From Ruminococcus flavefaciens (GTDB taxonomy: Bacteria; Bacillota; Clostridia; Oscillospirales; Ruminococcaceae): DNA of 64,000 bases. The stretch is from the NCBI GenBank assembly GCA_023662725.1, contig JAMPIL010000008.1, forward strand, positions 4,471 to 68,470. Reading direction: 5' to 3'. Of this stretch, positions 40,316 through 48,947 are shown in pieces (position 1 is the first letter of the stretch; each line of letters opens with the position of its first letter). The notes under the pieces are model-generated. The model was not told where the DNA came from. It was given only the letters and a program-made list of their open reading frames with translations, and did no database searches. A program made the translations under genes and the position numbers.

Positions 40316-40321
40316 TGCTAT

Positions 40322-40582
40322 TTACTCCTTTTCATGTAATTGCTTTTCGACTGATTGGCAACTTTTTTCATTATAATATTTTATATCATTTTGACTTAAA
40401 AGTCCATATATTGTAAGACCAATACCTGAAATAATTAAATATAGCCACAACTCACAATCTAAAGCCATTGTGAGTACAACACTGTATATAAATGCATATA
40501 TTTTTGTTGTTATTCTGAATTTCTCACATCTGAGTACGCAAATAAAGAATATAAATGCTAAAAATCCAAATATTATTTTCAT
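40322..40582 (-). CDS. Small membrane protein
   Basis: Coupled ORF with hydrophobic helices. Confidence 0.45.
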   Translation of the reverse strand: MKIIFGFLAFIFFICVLRCEKFRITTKIYAFIYSVVLTMALDCELWLYLIISGIGLTIYGLLSQNDIKYYNEKSCQSVEKQLHEKE

Positions 40583-40845
40583 TGCGGTTTATTCTGCTCC
40601 TTTCTCCAATGCTTTTCAGCTTCTTTGCCGACGATATTTGTCAAATTATTGCCGAGATATTTATCACAATCACGACAATAACATTTTCCTGAATAGCTAT
40701 GCCCCAATCCATCATACATATCATAGTTAGCGGCTTCTTCACCATTAAACAGACTGTTAAACTCAATCTTGCCTTTAACAGTCTGTTTTTCGTAATACAT
40801 TTCACAACCGCAAAACGGGCAGCACGTTAATTCTTCAAATTTCAA
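40579..40845 (-). CDS. Small zinc-binding protein
   Basis: CPFCG and YCRDC pairs. Confidence 0.55.
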   Translation of the reverse strand: MKFEELTCCPFCGCEMYYEKQTVKGKIEFNSLFNGEEAANYDMYDGLGHSYSGKCYCRDCDKYLGNNLTNIVGKEAEKHWRKEQNKPQ

Positions 40846-40862
40846 GGTTCAATCCTCCATAG

Positions 40863-40883
40863 AGTGTGTCACCGTGACACACT
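40863..40883 (-). repeat. Dispersed palindrome copy 10
   Basis: Perfect 21-bp palindrome abutting the stop codon at 40884. Confidence 0.95.
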
Positions 40884-41360
40884 TCATTTAATCGGTGTGA
40901 TTTCATAAATCTTACCGTCAATTTCGGTTGTGACACCTACTGTAGTTTCCTCATGCGTGTTTACCGGTGGCTGCGGAATGTTTTCTTTAGGCGTTACAGT
41001 ATAAACACCATTTTTGAAATCAAAAATTTCATATTTTTCATAAAACTCATTTATATCCACGTTTTTGTCAAGAACAACTTCATATTTTCCAGTTGGCTTT
41101 TGAAATTTTTGGGGTATTATAGATGTCACATCTATTATTTCTATGACAACAGAATATGTAAAAACAAGAGCAAGACCTAATATACATCCAATAATCTCAT
41201 AAACACATGAGTATTTTATCTTAGACAAAAACATTCCTCCAAAAAGGAATAGACAGCCTAATACCATTATAATGAGAAAAATAACTAATAATAAAGCAAA
41301 CCCTATTCCACTTAATTCAGTACACTCTTTGATGAGAGATACTCCGTCCATAAATTCCAT
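40884..41360 (-). CDS. Two-TM membrane protein (phage/ICE type)
   Basis: Two TM helices then DINEFYEKYEI motif. Confidence 0.55.
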   Translation of the reverse strand: MEFMDGVSLIKECTELSGIGFALLLVIFLIIMVLGCLFLFGGMFLSKIKYSCVYEIIGCILGLALVFTYSVVIEIIDVTSIIPQKFQKPTGKYEVVLDKNVDINEFYEKYEIFDFKNGVYTVTPKENIPQPPVNTHEETTVGVTTEIDGKIYEITPIK

Positions 41361-41392
41361 TGTTCATTTTCCTTTCCAATGTATTTGTTCCG

Positions 41393-41968
41393 TCAATCAT
41401 TATTTACTGTAAAAGACATTTCTATTGCTATTTTTGCTTTGTCACAATAATCGCTTGATGTGAAGTTTTGCCACATAACAAAACAATACCCTACAACGTA
41501 AATAATCGCAAGAAATATAACTACTGCTGTTATATCAATTGAATTGATAAATATGCCTAATATAGCAAGCGCAAGTATAAAAATAAGTATTGGAATAAAC
41601 CACCGCAAAGATTCTTTCATTTTAGCTTTTTTGGTTGCTTTACTGTCAATAGAAATAAAACTGTCAAATATATCAAGGTCATAGCTGTCTTGCTCTCCTA
41701 CGATAAAGCAGTCTAATGTAGTTTCCTCAGACTTATTTTCTCCGTCTGTGAGAATACAAAAAAATTTATAAGAATTTTCGGAAAGATTATCAATCTGCAT
41801 TTCCTGTCCGTAATATTCGTCTAAACAATGTATTTCCGCAATGATCAGAATGTCTCCTTTTTCATAAATTTTATTTCCAATTCTTAATTCTTCAAGAATG
41901 GTTACCTTTGCGCCTACTTTATATGGCGTTCCTGCGATTTTTGTTATGTTTTCAACTATTTCTTTCAT
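41393..41968 (-). CDS. Hypothetical protein, SH3-like N-terminus plus two C-terminal TM helices
   Basis: GGAGG SD before ATG 41968. Confidence 0.55.
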   Translation of the reverse strand: MKEIVENITKIAGTPYKVGAKVTILEELRIGNKIYEKGDILIIAEIHCLDEYYGQEMQIDNLSENSYKFFCILTDGENKSEETTLDCFIVGEQDSYDLDIFDSFISIDSKATKKAKMKESLRWFIPILIFILALAILGIFINSIDITAVVIFLAIIYVVGYCFVMWQNFTSSDYCDKAKIAIEMSFTVNND

Positions 41969-42130
41969 GATTATCCTCCTGTTCAAAGTCGTTGTATTTG
42001 TTGAAATAATAATGATATTCATAAAAGCCTTGTTCAAACCCTACATCGTAACTTATATAAGCAATTATTACTACTATAACAATCATTATGGCAATAAAAA
42101 TAAAGATTTTTAACATTGCTTTTCCTTTCC

Positions 42131-42153
42131 GAGTGTGTCACCGTGACACACTC
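42131..42153 (-). repeat. Dispersed palindrome copy 11 (23 bp), overlapping the parB stop codon
   Basis: GAGTGTGTCACCGTGACACACTC; parB ends GAG AGT GTG TCA CGG TGA. Confidence 0.95.
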
Positions 42154-43061
42154 TCAAAATATTCCGTCAACAGCTTTTCCGCAAGCTCGTCAAGCTCTTG
42201 TTCGCTCTTGTCAATTGCAAACCTTAAAAAAATATTGTTATAAACATTGCTCCTGTATTTCTTCAAAGGTTTCGGCGCAAGCAGCTTTGTAAACTCATGG
42301 AACGGAACGTCCTCGCTGCCGTAATTCTCTACGATTTGAGCAAATTCCTTTGCAATTTCGGGAGTGATTTTCTTGCTGTCGGGACGTGAAAGAAAATTCA
42401 AAACGGCTTTTTGATTTTCCTCAGAAAATGCCGCTATGATTTCAGCGGCGGCAAGCTGAATTTTTCCCTCGTCTGCATATTTCTGTAAATGAACATTCAG
42501 ACTTGCAACGCTTATGTAACGGTACATGGTCTTTTTTGATACTCCAAACTTAGCGGCAATTTCTGCGGCTGTCATATCGGTATCGTCACGCTTCTCCATA
42601 TATGCGGAGAATATTTTTCCGTACTCGCTGGGCAAGGCTCTGTCCCTCTGAATGTTGCTCTCGGCAACAAATTTAAAGGCTTCATCGTCCGTGATTTTCC
42701 TGACCACGCAAGGCACAGACAGCAGATTAAGCTGCCGCGCCGCTTCGTAGCGGTGATGTCCTGCAATTATCTGATAATTGCCGCCGTCCGTCCTGCGTAC
42801 TATCAAAGGCGTTACAATGCCTATATCCTCGGCACTTGCCATAATCTGAGCTATCTTGTCACTGTTTAGATTAAAAGGCTGTGAGCCGCCTTTCTCGTCC
42901 TCATAGTGGTGCAGCAGATTAAGCTCGATACTTTCAACCTTTTCAAAGGAACTGCCCCATACATTCGCGTAAGCCTGTCCCAGTCCCGACATTGTGTCCG
43001 TAGCTTCTTCCGCTTCCAAATTATCAGGCTCGGAGAAGCTTGAAATATTTATTTTTCCCAT
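42138..43061 (-). CDS. parB: ParB-family protein (own SD and ATG, in frame with the upstream radical SAM ORF)
   Basis: AGAAAGGA SD before ATG 43061; GIVTPLIVR, IIAGHHRYEAA (GxxR), ESNIQR, HTH AAEIAAKFGVSKKTMYRY. Confidence 0.85.
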   Translation of the reverse strand: MGKINISSFSEPDNLEAEEATDTMSGLGQAYANVWGSSFEKVESIELNLLHHYEDEKGGSQPFNLNSDKIAQIMASAEDIGIVTPLIVRRTDGGNYQIIAGHHRYEAARQLNLLSVPCVVRKITDDEAFKFVAESNIQRDRALPSEYGKIFSAYMEKRDDTDMTAAEIAAKFGVSKKTMYRYISVASLNVHLQKYADEGKIQLAAAEIIAAFSEENQKAVLNFLSRPDSKKITPEIAKEFAQIVENYGSEDVPFHEFTKLLAPKPLKKYRSNVYNNIFLRFAIDKSEQELDELAEKLLTEYFESVSR

Positions 43062-43979
43062 ATTCCTGTCCTTTCTGTAAATATTATGCCGTCTGCAATA
43101 ATTATCCCATGTTTCACTGCGAAATTTGCCACTGTAAATAAACCTTTGTGCAAATTCCAACTGGATTTTATTAGGAATAATACCTTTGCTTTCGTTCCGT
43201 TCCGCTTGGGCATAAAGCGTTATGCCCTTGAATTTCTTTAACCGTTCGGCTCTTTCGGCTGCATTATCAACGTCCTTTGTAACCAACAGATAAATAAACA
43301 GCCTATAAGGTTTAACATCGTATTTCATAAGAAGCTCCGCTGCGTTTTCAATAGCCTTGATTTGCGCCAAAGTATCGCAGCTGAACCGAATGTATTTTAT
43401 CCATTCCAGCCGTGAGAGTATCTGAGCTATTCTGTCGGTCACAAGACGCGCGTCCATACCCTGATTAAGGTCAATGGCATAACCGCTGTCAATAAGACTC
43501 TCAAGCTGTCCTATACCGTATTCGCTTGCAAGAATGTTGTTGTCCATAAGTACAAGCTTGCTGCTGTCCGGTCTTACAAGCTGCTCCCATGTTCTGTACG
43601 GCTTTATACCGCCCTCTTTTTCGGGTACAACACACCAACGGCAATGATTGGGACAGCCCCTTGTGATGTAGCCCATAGCATAGTCGCATTCGGGATAAAT
43701 GCCGTAGTCGGGGAACATTTCCTCAATCTCGGCAGAAAGAACGGAATGTATATCATATCCCGTTCCACCCTTGATAGTATCAAGCGGCAGCAGAGGATTT
43801 TCGGGCGTGAAGTCAAAAATCTTGCTTGAATAAACCCTGTCGTATTTTTTCTCAGGCTGCCACCATTCAACGGTATCTCCGACCGACTTGTGATAAGCCG
43901 ATATTTTCATCAGCGCATAATTCGGGAACGTCTTTCTTTTCAGATATTCCCTTTCGCTGTCGTGCAAAGCGATATTCAT
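42138..43979 (-). CDS. Radical SAM protein read through in frame into ParB (613-aa fusion ORF)
   Basis: TRGCPNHCRWC = CxxxCxxC; FPNYALMKISAYHK N-terminus typical of mobile-element radical SAM proteins; no stop before parB. Confidence 0.75.
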   Translation of the reverse strand: MNIALHDSEREYLKRKTFPNYALMKISAYHKSVGDTVEWWQPEKKYDRVYSSKIFDFTPENPLLPLDTIKGGTGYDIHSVLSAEIEEMFPDYGIYPECDYAMGYITRGCPNHCRWCVVPEKEGGIKPYRTWEQLVRPDSSKLVLMDNNILASEYGIGQLESLIDSGYAIDLNQGMDARLVTDRIAQILSRLEWIKYIRFSCDTLAQIKAIENAAELLMKYDVKPYRLFIYLLVTKDVDNAAERAERLKKFKGITLYAQAERNESKGIIPNKIQLEFAQRFIYSGKFRSETWDNYCRRHNIYRKDRNMGKINISSFSEPDNLEAEEATDTMSGLGQAYANVWGSSFEKVESIELNLLHHYEDEKGGSQPFNLNSDKIAQIMASAEDIGIVTPLIVRRTDGGNYQIIAGHHRYEAARQLNLLSVPCVVRKITDDEAFKFVAESNIQRDRALPSEYGKIFSAYMEKRDDTDMTAAEIAAKFGVSKKTMYRYISVASLNVHLQKYADEGKIQLAAAEIIAAFSEENQKAVLNFLSRPDSKKITPEIAKEFAQIVENYGSEDVPFHEFTKLLAPKPLKKYRSNVYNNIFLRFAIDKSEQELDELAEKLLTEYFESVSR

Positions 43980-44380
43980 TACTCATCTGTAGTAATCAGT
44001 TTTTTGTATTTGCGATATAGGATTTCTAACTGAATTTCAATCTGTTTTTTTGCTACGTATGAGCCGTATTCTTTCTCAAATTGCAAAAACATATTTCCAA
44101 AATCTGTTTCGGGAACATTGTAAAGTCTTTCCGACATATTGATACAATTAACTGTTGCTCCTCTTACACTGCTTTCTAAGCATTCATAAATGACAAATCC
44201 GATTACAAAGCCAATCATAAAAAATACGTTTTCAAATGCAAAAGCGAATACAACAAACGCTATTGCAGCTAAACCTGAAATTAAATAAGCGGATTTAATC
44301 CGTTCTTTTTTTGAAAAAGAGTTTAGCACTTCTTCATAATCCATATCTAATATTTTCCTTTCTGTGTCACCGTGACACAC
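43979..44380 (-). CDS. Two-TM membrane protein (start probably near 44350)
   Basis: ORF with two hydrophobic helices. Confidence 0.5.
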   Translation of the reverse strand: MCHGDTERKILDMDYEEVLNSFSKKERIKSAYLISGLAAIAFVVFAFAFENVFFMIGFVIGFVIYECLESSVRGATVNCINMSERLYNVPETDFGNMFLQFEKEYGSYVAKKQIEIQLEILYRKYKKLITTDE

Positions 44381-44381
44381 T
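44363..44381 (-). repeat. Dispersed palindrome copy 12
   Basis: TGTGTCACCGTGACACACT between a stop codon and the next SD. Confidence 0.95.
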
Positions 44382-44385
44382 AAAT

Positions 44386-44673
44386 TTAATCCTGTTCTTC
44401 TGTAATAATCTCAAAATAATCATTGTTTGTCCTTTTGCTATTCATCAAAGTTATTTCATTAGTGTATTGCTCGTCGGTCATAAAGCCTCTTTTTATAACT
44501 TTACCATTTTTCTTAATTATCACATACACATTGTTGGCATTTTTCTTTTTGAAATAGATTGCATATAACTTTAAAATCAAAAACAGTGTAAGCAGTAAGC
44601 AAAAGGCGAAAAAAACGATTAAACGCATTTGTAATAATATATCTAACATATCGTTATTCCTCCAATATCTCAA
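44386..44673 (-). CDS. Small membrane-anchored protein
   Basis: ORF track; N-terminal TM. Confidence 0.45.
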   Translation of the reverse strand: MRYWRNNDMLDILLQMRLIVFFAFCLLLTLFLILKLYAIYFKKKNANNVYVIIKKNGKVIKRGFMTDEQYTNEITLMNSKRTNNDYFEIITEEQD

Positions 44674-45043
44674 TTACCGTGTTATTCTTTATAAAATGCG
44701 ACTTCATACTTCTGAAAGAAGTCCAGTACGGCAAATAATAATCGTACTGCATTCGCTTCTGAACTTCTTCCCTGACAGCTTTTCTCTCACGGCTAAGTTT
44801 CTTTTTTTCTTTCGCCGTAAGAATTGATTTCGTATGCTTATGATAAAATTTTTGCCTTATTTCGCAGTCTTGAGTAAGCCAATCCATTTTGATTTTGCCG
44901 TCGATATAAACCGAAAGAACATATTTCAAATTCTTTTCCGGTTCTACATTTACCGTGACATCATAACCGTCAATTTTCAGCTTGATATATCCGTATGGGT
45001 CGGCTAATTTTTGTTCAACATACTGCCAATCTTCTTTTGTCAT
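44654..45043 (-). CDS. Hypothetical phage/ICE protein
   Basis: ORF track, coupled to neighbours. Confidence 0.55.
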   Translation of the reverse strand: MTKEDWQYVEQKLADPYGYIKLKIDGYDVTVNVEPEKNLKYVLSVYIDGKIKMDWLTQDCEIRQKFYHKHTKSILTAKEKKKLSRERKAVREEVQKRMQYDYYLPYWTSFRSMKSHFIKNNTVIEILEE

Positions 45044-45044
45044 A

Positions 45045-45254
45045 TTAATTCACCTCTCGAACCGAAATGATTTCAACATATTCATCAATAATACTCAGTG
45101 CTTCATTGTAGCTGTCTGATGACGTGATACGGCTGCACATTTCCTTTGCCTTTTCTGCCATATTGTTCCTTTTCAGTGTTTTTGAAGCTATTCCCATAAG
45201 ATTAAATATATTTCCGTTCTGACATATAAGCGGACATTTTGGTTTCTTTGTCAT
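45045..45254 (-). CDS. Small conserved ICE protein (GNIFNLMGIA motif)
   Basis: KPKCPLI..NGNIFNLMG...SYNEALSII motif common in Firmicutes mobile elements. Confidence 0.6.
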   Translation of the reverse strand: MTKKPKCPLICQNGNIFNLMGIASKTLKRNNMAEKAKEMCSRITSSDSYNEALSIIDEYVEIISVREVN

Positions 45255-45255
45255 G

Positions 45256-45543
45256 TTAATTCACCCCATTGAATTTCAGTACAAATACCAGTATAAACGC
45301 TATCGGAATTAAAAAGAACAGCGGTTCAAATCCCAGACCGTCACGAATATCAAAATCATTTCGTCCCATGCGTATACCGAGAAGTATTATGTTCACACCG
45401 AGCCAAATAGAACAAACTCCAACTGCAATAAGCAAAATCCAATGTGCTAATACATTTGAAAATATATTTACAATAAGTGTTACCACAATCAGAGCAATAG
45501 TAATAATTCTGAAAATCAAATGATGTAATGATGTTTCCCTCAT
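45256..45543 (-). CDS. Small membrane protein
   Basis: Three hydrophobic segments. Confidence 0.5.
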   Translation of the reverse strand: MRETSLHHLIFRIITIALIVVTLIVNIFSNVLAHWILLIAVGVCSIWLGVNIILLGIRMGRNDFDIRDGLGFEPLFFLIPIAFILVFVLKFNGVN

Positions 45544-45547
45544 AATT

Positions 45548-46312
45548 TTATACCTCCGCCCTGTTTATAATTTCTTCCGCAACATTCATAAAAGCCTTAC
45601 CGATAGCAGTTTTATCGGAAATACTCTTGTCCGACATTACAGCCTGTTCAGCCTGTGCAGGACAGTAGGGAACAGTCGTGTTAAACACCAAATCCCCGTA
45701 ACGCTTTTTAACTTCGCTGACAATTTCCTGTGCAACAGAAGTCCGCTGCTGTTTGTTCAGAAGTATGCCGAGGACTTTAAGCTGACGGTTTGTGCTGTTG
45801 TTTATGGACTTCACCTTGTCAATCATTTTGTAAAGTCCCATATAAGAATACAGACCGCTTTCAACCGGAATAATCACACTGTCAGAAGCGTTCAGAGCAT
45901 TGGCGGCAAGCAAGTCAAGGAGCGTTCGGCAGTCGAAAATTATGTAGTCGTAAGCCTTGAAAATATCCCTGTCTAATGAACGTTTTATAACATATCCGCT
46001 GTCGCTGTCATTGGCAATAAAAGCTGTAATTCCCGTCAGCATTTGTGAAGCAGGAACATAGTCAACTCCGCTTTCAGAATGCCGTATTGCTTCGGAACAG
46101 TCCATATCAATCCCTGCAATAGTGTTGTAAATAAGCTCCGCAGACATCGGCTTTCCGTCATAAGAATAGCCGAGTGCCTTGCTTGCGTTCCCCTGTTGGT
46201 CAAGGTCGATTACAAGAACATTTTTACCCGAATTTGCAAGTCCTTTTGCTGTGTGTACGGCGGTCGTGGTTTTGCCCACACCGCCCTTTTCTGAAATAAC
46301 TGAAATAATCAT
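45548..46312 (-). CDS. parA: ParA/Soj-family ATPase
   Basis: EKGGVGKTTT deviant Walker A, VLVIDLDQQGN, DYIIFDC, NALNASDSVIIPV. Confidence 0.92.
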   Translation of the reverse strand: MIISVISEKGGVGKTTTAVHTAKGLANSGKNVLVIDLDQQGNASKALGYSYDGKPMSAELIYNTIAGIDMDCSEAIRHSESGVDYVPASQMLTGITAFIANDSDSGYVIKRSLDRDIFKAYDYIIFDCRTLLDLLAANALNASDSVIIPVESGLYSYMGLYKMIDKVKSINNSTNRQLKVLGILLNKQQRTSVAQEIVSEVKKRYGDLVFNTTVPYCPAQAEQAVMSDKSISDKTAIGKAFMNVAEEIINRAEV

Positions 46313-46332
46313 TTTGTACCCCCGTTTTCTAA

Positions 46333-46874
46333 TCAATCACTCTTAATTGTAGTCCTCTGCTTTCGTTTATGTTTTCTATGAAGCTTTGGTTTGTCAAAGT
46401 AACACATAATAAGTCCCGAAAAAGCAGATATAATGCCCAAACAACAAAATATACATTCGTCTAAATACCTTTTAACACCATTAGACAACATTGTTAAGGC
46501 AAACCATATCAGAAATATCAGAAATATGATAGCAATAGAAATACACGTTATTTTTGAAAATAAATCTATTTTTACAAATTTGTTTTTTCAAAATAGCTTA
46601 TATTAACACATTCTTCAATATCATTAGAATCATTAGACCTCACTATGTAGTCAAACATTCTCTCGTCAGCATAGAAGTTATCTGCTTTGCTTGAAAGTAC
46701 TTTTGGTAAAACCATACCGTATTCCAGTTTTACATCTTCTATAACAAACTCTGTACCTGCTTCATATCTTCCGTAATCAAGATAAATTGATTTTATAATA
46801 TTAACTGTCTGCCCTTTTTGATACGGGCTGTATTTTTTGCAGAATTCCTCTTCTGTTAAATAAGTGTTAAGCAT
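46333..46874 (-). pseudogene. Frameshifted tandem paralog of 46897-47418
   Basis: N-terminal MLNTYLTEEEFCKKYSPYQKGQTV matches the paralog; after a frameshift near 46575-46590 another frame gives two TM helices and the same ending QRTTIKSD. Confidence 0.75.
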
Positions 46875-46896
46875 TATCTTCTCCTCCATTTTCTAA

Positions 46897-47418
46897 TCAA
46901 TCACTCTTAATAGTAGTTCTCTGCTCCCGTTTACGTTTTTTATGAATTTCCGGACATCGAGTATACCAACCAAGTGTGATAAATGCAATTATAAAACTGC
47001 ATATCATGAGCCAACATGAATAGTCCTCATAACCCGTCAGTGCAATTGCGCCAATTAAATATACAGAAGCGACAACCGTTCCAATCGCTGCCTTTATAAA
47101 TTCAATTTTACACAATTTCACTTTTTCAATAAAATCAATGTCAATATAAAACGTTGGCGTATTTTCTTCAATGCTTCTAAGCTGTACCTCATACTTAAAC
47201 ATTCTTCCATCGGCATAAAAATCATCAACTTCACTTGAAAGCATCTCCGGTAACTTAATGTAATCTTTCAATGTTACATTTTTTATAACGACTTCTGTGC
47301 CAATCTCATATATTCCATAATCACATTTAGCTGGTTCTATAAGATTAACTGTCTGCCCTTTTTGATATGGACTGTACTTTTGGCAAAATTCATCTTCTGT
47401 TAAATAATTGTTAAGCAT
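46897..47418 (-). CDS. SH3-like domain plus two-TM membrane protein
   Basis: Intact copy of the tandem pair. Confidence 0.65.
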   Translation of the reverse strand: MLNNYLTEDEFCQKYSPYQKGQTVNLIEPAKCDYGIYEIGTEVVIKNVTLKDYIKLPEMLSSEVDDFYADGRMFKYEVQLRSIEENTPTFYIDIDFIEKVKLCKIEFIKAAIGTVVASVYLIGAIALTGYEDYSCWLMICSFIIAFITLGWYTRCPEIHKKRKREQRTTIKSD

Positions 47419-47722
47419 TATCTTCTCCTACGTTTTCTGAATTATTTTGAGTTGTTGGTTCAACAACGTAAAGACTTCCGTCAGGATTTAGCCGTGGTGT
47501 AATACCGCCATGACCTGCATTAAAATTTTTTTCACGGTACACAACATACTGAACTCCTGTTTCTTCATCTGTCCATATGTATATATAATCATTAAGCATT
47601 TCGCCGACTGTCGGTTTCGGCTCACTGATTTCTTCTATACCTTTACGTATTCCATCACAACTCACAGCACCAATAAAACAAAGCAATGCCGTTGAAATTG
47701 CAATGAGTTTTTTTGCTACCAT
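47411..47722 (-). CDS. DUF6440-like lipoprotein
   Basis: Lipobox AVSC; DEETGVQY...GGITPRLNPDG motif. Confidence 0.55.
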   Translation of the reverse strand: MVAKKLIAISTALLCFIGAVSCDGIRKGIEEISEPKPTVGEMLNDYIYIWTDEETGVQYVVYREKNFNAGHGGITPRLNPDGSLYVVEPTTQNNSENVGEDNA

Positions 47723-47755
47723 ATCAATCCCTCTACATCCATTTCTGTCCTCTCT

Positions 47756-48355
47756 TTATTGCAGCAATTTCTTTATTACCTCTTCATTCTTTCTGATAGC
47801 AGACTGATTACATAAAGCAATTTCAAATGCTACTCCCATAATTCCTATAATGCTCCAACAAAGAGCAAAGAAAACATTACCTATAATTCCATTGAAAGTA
47901 CTTTCGGACGGTAAGAAAAAATCACACCATTCACCGGTAAGCCACCCGAAGATTGATACAGCTATCAATCCTATAATCCAAAGCAGCAAAATCAGAATTA
48001 AGCCTACATTAATATGCCGCTTTTCAAGATATGCCTTATATTCATTGGTTCTGTCGATGTCAATCGTGAAGTATTCGCTGATAAATTTCTGTATTCTTTG
48101 CGGATATTTCGGAACATCATTTGAAAGGATACATTCCCCGTCTTTTTCAATCACATCACTCAGATACACATAATCATAATCATCTGATAATATGACTTTG
48201 TAGTAATCACAAAATCCGCCTTTTTCTTGACATAGCATAACCCTTGTTCCTTTTGAAATAATGCCACCCCTCGTTTGCAAATCCTTTTTCAATATAAGTA
48301 TAGTATCATCATCAGGCATATTCTCTGCAATCATTTCTTCATTTGATTTGAACAT
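47756..48355 (-). CDS. Membrane protein with two C-terminal TM helices
   Basis: ORF track; SD present. Confidence 0.55.
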   Translation of the reverse strand: MFKSNEEMIAENMPDDDTILILKKDLQTRGGIISKGTRVMLCQEKGGFCDYYKVILSDDYDYVYLSDVIEKDGECILSNDVPKYPQRIQKFISEYFTIDIDRTNEYKAYLEKRHINVGLILILLLWIIGLIAVSIFGWLTGEWCDFFLPSESTFNGIIGNVFFALCWSIIGIMGVAFEIALCNQSAIRKNEEVIKKLLQ

Positions 48356-48372
48356 TTTCTGCTCCCCCTATT

Positions 48373-48825
48373 TTACCGTATACGCACCCGAAGTCCCTCT
48401 AACGGAATACCATTTCCATCGGAACTTATCGACTTTGAACCAACAATATAATAATCATCTCCGTTATGTTCAACGCTGCTGACGACCCAACGGTAATAAC
48501 CATTCCAATCATCATAAGCATAGTATTCAATGCAGTTTCCGCAAGTGTATTCATGTGCGCTGCACTCATATCTTCCATTGCTGTTTTTGTGCAGAACATA
48601 CTCGCCCCTTATCGGCTTTTGAAGATAGCTTATTGTGCCGCTTGCTTCGGAAATATTCAGCATAACTTTCCGAAGCTCCTCGACCAATAAAAGCTGTTCG
48701 GGACTGTTACTGTCCGCTTCAATTTCTGATAAATCATCATACTTTTCAATCTCAGTTTTCTTGATAATACGTGTAAATTCTGAATTAAGCTCCGACAAAG
48801 ATTTCATCAATTCGTTAATGTTCAT
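48373..48825 (-). CDS. DUF5348-like protein
   Basis: NSNGRY..EYTCG...VEHNGDDYY...LEGLRVRIR motif. Confidence 0.6.
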   Translation of the reverse strand: MNINELMKSLSELNSEFTRIIKKTEIEKYDDLSEIEADSNSPEQLLLVEELRKVMLNISEASGTISYLQKPIRGEYVLHKNSNGRYECSAHEYTCGNCIEYYAYDDWNGYYRWVVSSVEHNGDDYYIVGSKSISSDGNGIPLEGLRVRIR

Positions 48826-48947
48826 ATCCCTGTGATTCCTTTCAATAAATTATTCAGCGGTTAACCCCTAATAATACTATACCATGAGGTGGCACAATTG
48901 TCAATATATGGAAATATATTTTTTATATTTAACTTAATAAATATTCA

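Noticed and set aside
1956-44381. Palindromic repeats as a CRISPR array
   Set aside because: Spacing is irregular (about 0.1 to 8.6 kb), whole genes lie between copies and no cas genes were seen
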